Source of the DNA: a virus
Lineage: Duplodnaviria; Caudoviricetes
Reading direction: 5' to 3' (one strand)
DNA length: 40,799 nucleotides
Virus record (IMG/VR): IMGVR_UViG_3300044708_000121
Location: 1-40,799 of that record
The position numbers were made by a program, and so were the translations under genes. Shown here one piece after another: positions 36,373 through 40,799 of the stretch. The notes under the pieces were generated by a model. The model saw only the letters and a list, made by a program, of their open reading frames with translations. It searched no databases and was not told the DNA's origin. Position 1 is the stretch's first letter. Every line of letters begins with the position of its first letter.

Positions 36373-36389
36373 AGGACGGGAAACCTGCA

Positions 36390-36592
36390 GTCTGAAAAAG
36401 GGGGGGGGGTTTTTCAGACGACCCCCGCCAAGGTGGCGTCTCCGCAGAGCTCGTGAGACACCGTGAGACAATACCTAGTCTCACGACCAATTCGACCGTT
36501 GATTTTGCAGGGCTTTCAGACTTTCGCAGTCATGCTCTATTAGCCCCTGCCGTAATGATTTCAACGGCTTAGACCGTGAGACATGTCTCACG
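36390..36592. other. attP-like region (arm-type repeats and IHF-like sites)
   Basis: CGTGAGACA at 36452 and 36462; AGTCTCACG at 36477; perfect palindrome CGTGAGACATGTCTCACG at 36575-36592; IHF-like TTTCAACGGCTTA at about 36559; non-coding gap at the end of the late operon. Confidence 0.5.
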
Positions 36593-36610
36593 ACCCCTGG
36601 TCGCCCTCGT

Positions 36611-36706
36611 TCACGACCAGTTCGGATAGCCGATCAGGGCGCACACCAGCATCAGCAACAGCACCGCCAGGAAGGCGCCGATCGCGATCGCCTGGTCGGT
36701 CCTCAC
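36611..36706 (-). CDS. Small membrane peptide (lysis region)
   Basis: 31 aa, single TM helix, GTGA overlap. Confidence 0.45.
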   Translation of the reverse strand: MRTDQAIAIGAFLAVLLLMLVCALIGYPNWS

Positions 36707-36936
36707 TTCATCACCAGGAACGCCTCGATCGCATCGAGCCGGCCCTCGATCACCGCGAGCCGGGCCTCGATCCTGTCGAGCGCCACGCCCTCGATCGCGC
36801 CGACCCGCGCCTCCAGGCTATTGAGGTTCCGCACGCCCAACGCGTTCGGCGTCCGCTGCATGTAGAGCTCGCGCTCGCGCTTCGGGTTCGCCGGCGTCCA
36901 TGCCGGGAGCGGGATCGGAAACGGGTCCTCTGGCAT
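36703..36936 (-). CDS. Coiled-coil hypothetical protein
   Basis: 77 aa, TAATG coupling to the endolysin, LEARV/IEARL/IEGRL heptads. Confidence 0.6.
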   Translation of the reverse strand: MPEDPFPIPLPAWTPANPKRERELYMQRTPNALGVRNLNSLEARVGAIEGVALDRIEARLAVIEGRLDAIEAFLVMK

Positions 36937-38342
36937 TAGGACACCACCTGGCCGTTGACCGTCACCGTCACCGGCCCGGTCGTCGTGATCGTCACCGTCG
37001 CCGGCCCCGGCGCCGGCAACTCCTGCTCTGCACCGAGGATCGCCTCGACCTGCATGAACAGCTGGTCCGCCTCCGGCCGGAGCTCCGCCGCCCGCTCGTT
37101 GATCGGCCCCCAATGTTTGCGCCGGTGACGCAAACCAACCGCCGTCATTTCGCAGGCGAATTGCGGGCACGACTTCGCCAGGTCTTGATACTCTCTGCCG
37201 GTGCCGCTGCCGTAACTCGCCCAATCGCTCGACGAACACGACACGCCTTCCTTGAAGATCGACGCGCCGGCATCGGGATCGTTCTCGCCATAGTCTACGA
37301 ACAGGGTGTCGATTTCCTCCGAGCACGAATGCAGATTCCAGCTGGCTTGAAACAGCCCCGCCTCGATCTCATCGCTTGGACGGCTTGTCCCGCCCGACGC
37401 CGACGCGTCGGTGCCCTCGCAATAGCGCCCCGAGCTCTCGCGCATGCCGAGCCCCATCAACAGCACGAACAGGTGGCGCAGCGTATCGACGCCATCCTCG
37501 TTGTTCGCCATGCCGAGCTCCGCGAACTTTGCCGCGTACCAGGACAGCGCATCCTCATCGGGCTTGTGGCTGTCGGCGCGCGACATGTCGAAGGCGGCGG
37601 GATCGTCCGCCTCGAATCGGCGCAGCACCGTGCCATAGGCGACCGCCATTCCTTTCGTGTAGCCCGCCGGCGCCTTGCTTCGGTCGCGCCAGACGTAGTC
37701 CGCGATCGCACTCGACGCCGCCGCCGCCGTGATCGCGTCAATTTCTTCGGCCGTCAGGTAGTCGCCGGTGTCCGGCTCTGGACCTGGCACCGCCTCTTCG
37801 CCGGCGATCGCGTGCGCCAGGCTGCGGCAGATATCCGTGAACGAGTCCCGGTAGAGCGCCGCGTCGGCGGAGCTATTCACGAACGCAATTTCCAAAAGCA
37901 CGCAGGTCGCCGACGTGCCGTTGAGCACGGCCAGGTCATCGGTGTGCTTTGGCCCCCTGTTGATTAGCCCGCTCGCGACGGCGATCGCGTCCACCAACTT
38001 TTGCGCCCAATCCCACCCCGCATCGCTGGTGTACCAAACCTCGGTCCCGACCGGGTTGCTCGTTTGGTTCGAGCCGCTGAACGTCGCCGAATTGAAATGG
38101 ACGCTAATATCGAGCGATCTTTGCTGCATGTTGTGCCACGCAATGATCGTGTCGAGGTTCGTTTGGACGTTCGTGCTGGTCACATCTTCGAACGTGACAA
38201 CCTCGACGCCGAGCGCCTGCAGCTGCCGCGCCATTTCATCGACCACCCGCACCGCTTCGGGATGCTCTACGAGCCCCCATGGGGAGGGACCGATCGCGCC
38301 GGCAACCTTGGCGCCGTGGCCCGAGCTAATGGCTACTCGCAT
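36936..38342 (-). CDS. Endolysin: N-acetylmuramoyl-L-alanine amidase (Amidase_3) plus lysozyme-like domain
   Basis: ISSGHG...EH...ISVHFNS...GTEVWY...NRG.K...LAVL...LLEIAFVNS; C-terminal GMRESSG...EAGLFQASWN. Confidence 0.9.
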   Translation of the reverse strand: MRVAISSGHGAKVAGAIGPSPWGLVEHPEAVRVVDEMARQLQALGVEVVTFEDVTSTNVQTNLDTIIAWHNMQQRSLDISVHFNSATFSGSNQTSNPVGTEVWYTSDAGWDWAQKLVDAIAVASGLINRGPKHTDDLAVLNGTSATCVLLEIAFVNSSADAALYRDSFTDICRSLAHAIAGEEAVPGPEPDTGDYLTAEEIDAITAAAASSAIADYVWRDRSKAPAGYTKGMAVAYGTVLRRFEADDPAAFDMSRADSHKPDEDALSWYAAKFAELGMANNEDGVDTLRHLFVLLMGLGMRESSGRYCEGTDASASGGTSRPSDEIEAGLFQASWNLHSCSEEIDTLFVDYGENDPDAGASIFKEGVSCSSSDWASYGSGTGREYQDLAKSCPQFACEMTAVGLRHRRKHWGPINERAAELRPEADQLFMQVEAILGAEQELPAPGPATVTITTTGPVTVTVNGQVVS

Positions 38343-38662
38343 CGTGGCGGCTCCCATTTCTGGATATCCTCGCGCGCCCGCAGGTACGCGGATATCCCCG
38401 ACTGTATTCCGACCTTGGCGCGCTTCGGTTGCTCGTGCGGATCACGGACCCAAATTTCGAACAGGTGCCCGACGTGATCGGTAAACCCTTTGTCCACGCC
38501 GGCGAACGCTTGATTGCGCACGAGCTCCCGGTCGGTGTCCTTGATGCAATAACTCGCGAGCCGGTATTGCGCGCCGGCGTCATCGACCAGCCACAGGATG
38601 ATTAGCGTGGCGATGATGGTCATGCCAGCGACCAGCAAACCGATCCATCGCTCGCGCGTCAC
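38333..38662 (-). CDS. Membrane-anchored protein (lysis region)
   Basis: 109 aa with an N-terminal TM helix; directly upstream of the endolysin. Confidence 0.6.
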   Translation of the reverse strand: MTRERWIGLLVAGMTIIATLIILWLVDDAGAQYRLASYCIKDTDRELVRNQAFAGVDKGFTDHVGHLFEIWVRDPHEQPKRAKVGIQSGISAYLRAREDIQKWEPPRCE

Positions 38663-38663
38663 G

Positions 38664-39086
38664 TCAATCTTTCAACATCGGCTCGATCATATCGAGCACG
38701 CTTGGAGGGATCGGGTTGTCGTCCAACGCCAGCGCCGGCACCGCGATCGTGCCGAGCTCCACCTGGAGCTCCGCGTTAAGGAGCTCGCGATCCTTCGCCG
38801 CAAACTTCAAGTGCTGCGTGCGCACCATGTCGCGCGCGATCGCCGACTCGAACGTCCCGGTCATCGACGGGAGCTCGCCGGTCCCGTCCGTGAGCTCGAC
38901 CAGGGCGGCGTTGCGTGCATCGACATAGTCCTCCTGCACCAGGCGCAGCGTGCGCCTGGCGCGCGCGATCGCCAGCCGGGTCGCCCCGTCGAACTTGTAC
39001 GGCGTCTTGCGATCGCCGCTGCCGTTGAGGTAGCCGTCGAGCTCCGCCAGGCCGGTCAAGATTTCGAGTGCCGTTCTCACCTTCAT
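38664..39086 (-). CDS. Hypothetical protein (possible tail-fibre chaperone)
   Basis: 140 aa, AAGGAG RBS, coupled to the fibre stop. Confidence 0.6.
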   Translation of the reverse strand: MKVRTALEILTGLAELDGYLNGSGDRKTPYKFDGATRLAIARARRTLRLVQEDYVDARNAALVELTDGTGELPSMTGTFESAIARDMVRTQHLKFAAKDRELLNAELQVELGTIAVPALALDDNPIPPSVLDMIEPMLKD

Positions 39087-40799
39087 CGTTTTCTCCTTGC
39101 TCGCAAAATCGCAGTCGCGGTGAATCCATCAGCACCAGGTCGGGCGACCAAAGAAATGGTGGTGGTCGCTGATAGCTGAAACCTGGCGGTCGGGATCGAT
39201 ATGGAACACGAGGCATTTGCTACCGGACAAAACCCGTTTGTGTATGCGTCGAAAACTCCGGTCAAAGCTCCGGTGCTGCTCACACCATATTCAAATCCAC
39301 CCCCACTGGTGGGGCCGGAGACAACCGAGGACATGGCGGACACATCCCAATCGCCTGCCGTCAGTGAAATCGTTGTGATAACAGTTTGCGTGCCAGCCAC
39401 CCCCAAGGGGACGGCGACTTGGACAAGGGACTGCACCTGTTCGCCGACGCATCCCGCCGGCGCGTTGTCGGTCGTGGTCGTGCCTTTCCAGTTCGCGGAC
39501 AGGGCGCCTTGTCCAGGATCGACGGGCGGGTTTCCAATTCCCAGGCCGCCGCTTGGAAAAAGCCGCATCCATTCGACCAGGCCGACCGCGACCGACGTTG
39601 TGAAAAACCGGATCGACGCCGGCGTCCGGTTGCTTGCCGGCGCACCCTCGCAATACGCGCTGATTGCTGCACCAAGTTGGAAGGTCGCGCCGTCGCTGCC
39701 ACGGAAGTTAACCGTCCCGAGCGGATCATTGAGCTGCAACGGCACATGCGTCCCGGCCGTGGCGCCGCGGCTGTGATGCAGGTTGAGGAAAGCCGATCCT
39801 GCGGCCGCCTGCCAGTTTTGGACCGTGATCGACGCCGAGCCCCCGGCCAATGCGTCAAGCTGCAGGAGACCGAACAGGCCGGTCGCCATGGGCACGCCAA
39901 TGTGGACAGTACCTTGCGTGTCGATCGCCATGCGCTCCGTCATCGCGCCGGCGCCGGCGGCGCCGCCGCGGGTCGAAAACGTCATCCTGCCGCGAATGTC
40001 GCCGGCCGCCGGCGGCACGCCGGCCAGGCCCTCGACAGTGGCGCTAATCGCCGCCGCGCCAACGAACGTCGTGCCGTCGCTGCCGCGGAAATTCAGCTGG
40101 CCCAACCCGTCGCCGGCCTGGACGATCGCATGCGTGCCTGGCGTCGCGCCGCGGCTCTTGCCCAGGTCGAAGCCGAAAAACGCGGCATCGGCCGACCAGG
40201 TGAACAGCCCGGCGCGAGATTGGTGAATCGCCATCTTGTAGATCGGGTCGGCCACGCTGGCGCCGATCACGGTCGCCGGCCCGGTAAAGAAATTGTTGCC
40301 GGTGAAAATGTTGTTGCCGGCCTTGGTCACGTCGCCGGAGCCGCCGCCGCCGCCGACCAGGTTTGGAATGGTGACGGCGCCGGTCGCGCGGTTGATCGTC
40401 ATCACGCTGCCGAGCAGCGTACCGTCGTCCGCATAGTGATTGATGCCAAAGTTGCTACCAGCGTTGCCACCTGTCTCTGGCGCACTATCACCCAATGCGA
40501 TCAGCCAACGTGACTTTGGAACAGCCTCCATCGTCTGCGATGCAAGGACAGCAGGCGATCCTGGATTGAATTGCAGCGCAATCGTTGGGGTGCCTTGGAT
40601 TGCAACCCTGCGCAAGATCACGGTGCCATCGTTGCGCTGGATCGTGATCGGTGTGCCGAGGAAATCGCCGGCGTCGCCGTAACGATCGATACGAAAGTTG
40701 CTGCCGACGTTGCCGCCGACTTCCGGCGAGCCATCGGCGATGATGAATTGCCAGCGGAAATTGCCGGTCTCCGCTGCCCTGCTGGCGAACAACGCCGCC
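39083..40799 (-). CDS. Tail fibre protein, C-terminal part
   Basis: In frame with the 1-2270 part through the terminal overlap (TTG 518 = 40792), giving about 1153 aa if joined. Two SRGAT.GTH...NFRGSDG.TF..AAISA modules; C-terminal AG.VGE...SLTAGDWDV...ARR domain. Confidence 0.88.
   Translation of the reverse strand, partial: AALFASRAAETGNFRWQFIIADGSPEVGGNVGSNFRIDRYGDAGDFLGTPITIQRNDGTVILRRVAIQGTPTIALQFNPGSPAVLASQTMEAVPKSRWLIALGDSAPETGGNAGSNFGINHYADDGTLLGSVMTINRATGAVTIPNLVGGGGGSGDVTKAGNNIFTGNNFFTGPATVIGASVADPIYKMAIHQSRAGLFTWSADAAFFGFDLGKSRGATPGTHAIVQAGDGLGQLNFRGSDGTTFVGAAAISATVEGLAGVPPAAGDIRGRMTFSTRGGAAGAGAMTERMAIDTQGTVHIGVPMATGLFGLLQLDALAGGSASITVQNWQAAAGSAFLNLHHSRGATAGTHVPLQLNDPLGTVNFRGSDGATFQLGAAISAYCEGAPASNRTPASIRFFTTSVAVGLVEWMRLFPSGGLGIGNPPVDPGQGALSANWKGTTTTDNAPAGCVGEQVQSLVQVAVPLGVAGTQTVITTISLTAGDWDVSAMSSVVSGPTSGGGFEYGVSSTGALTGVFDAYTNGFCPVANASCSISIPTARFQLSATTTISLVARPGADGFTATAILRARRKR

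Noticed and set aside
36500-36560. tRNA-derived att core or tRNA gene
   Set aside because: No T-loop/acceptor sequence or cloverleaf seen; the integration target cannot be assigned by eye.
25000-36600. Phage RNA or DNA polymerase, DNA methyltransferase
   Set aside because: No ORF of suitable size or motif. Despite T7-like virion genes, this is not an Autographiviridae-type genome.

Overview
The window appears to be an essentially complete, circularly permuted genome of about 40.3 kb from a GC-rich temperate podovirus with a BPP-1/T7-like virion module. The two window ends overlap inside one tail-fibre gene. The host is most likely an alphaproteobacterium, because the genome carries GAAC-N7-GAAC LexA boxes and a TTAA-N7-TTAAC CtrA box. 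A long minus-strand late operon runs terS, terL, GNAT-like protein, portal, scaffold, major capsid, tail tubes A/B, four internal virion proteins, tail fibre and lysis genes. An early/control block at about 25.0-36.6 kb holds small + strand genes, a TGT/DpdA-like protein, a TOPRIM primase, a P-loop helicase, Cro- and Xis-like HTH proteins and a tyrosine integrase. Most notable: (1) no recognisable self-cleaving CI, but a control layer of three LexA boxes, CtrA boxes and a phage palindrome CGGACG-N3-CGTCCG sitting in promoter spacers; (2) GTGAGACA motif clusters, two of which share a 13-bp core in inverted orientation around the early block (possible attP, origin or inversion switch); (3) an internal virion protein with ParB-like and RelA/SpoT-like domains; (4) a stand-alone DpdA-like gene alongside strong GAGCTC enrichment; (5) an Acb2/Tad1-like sponge candidate; (6) two alternative versions of one tail-fibre segment. 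All family calls come from motif recognition by eye; no searches were run.
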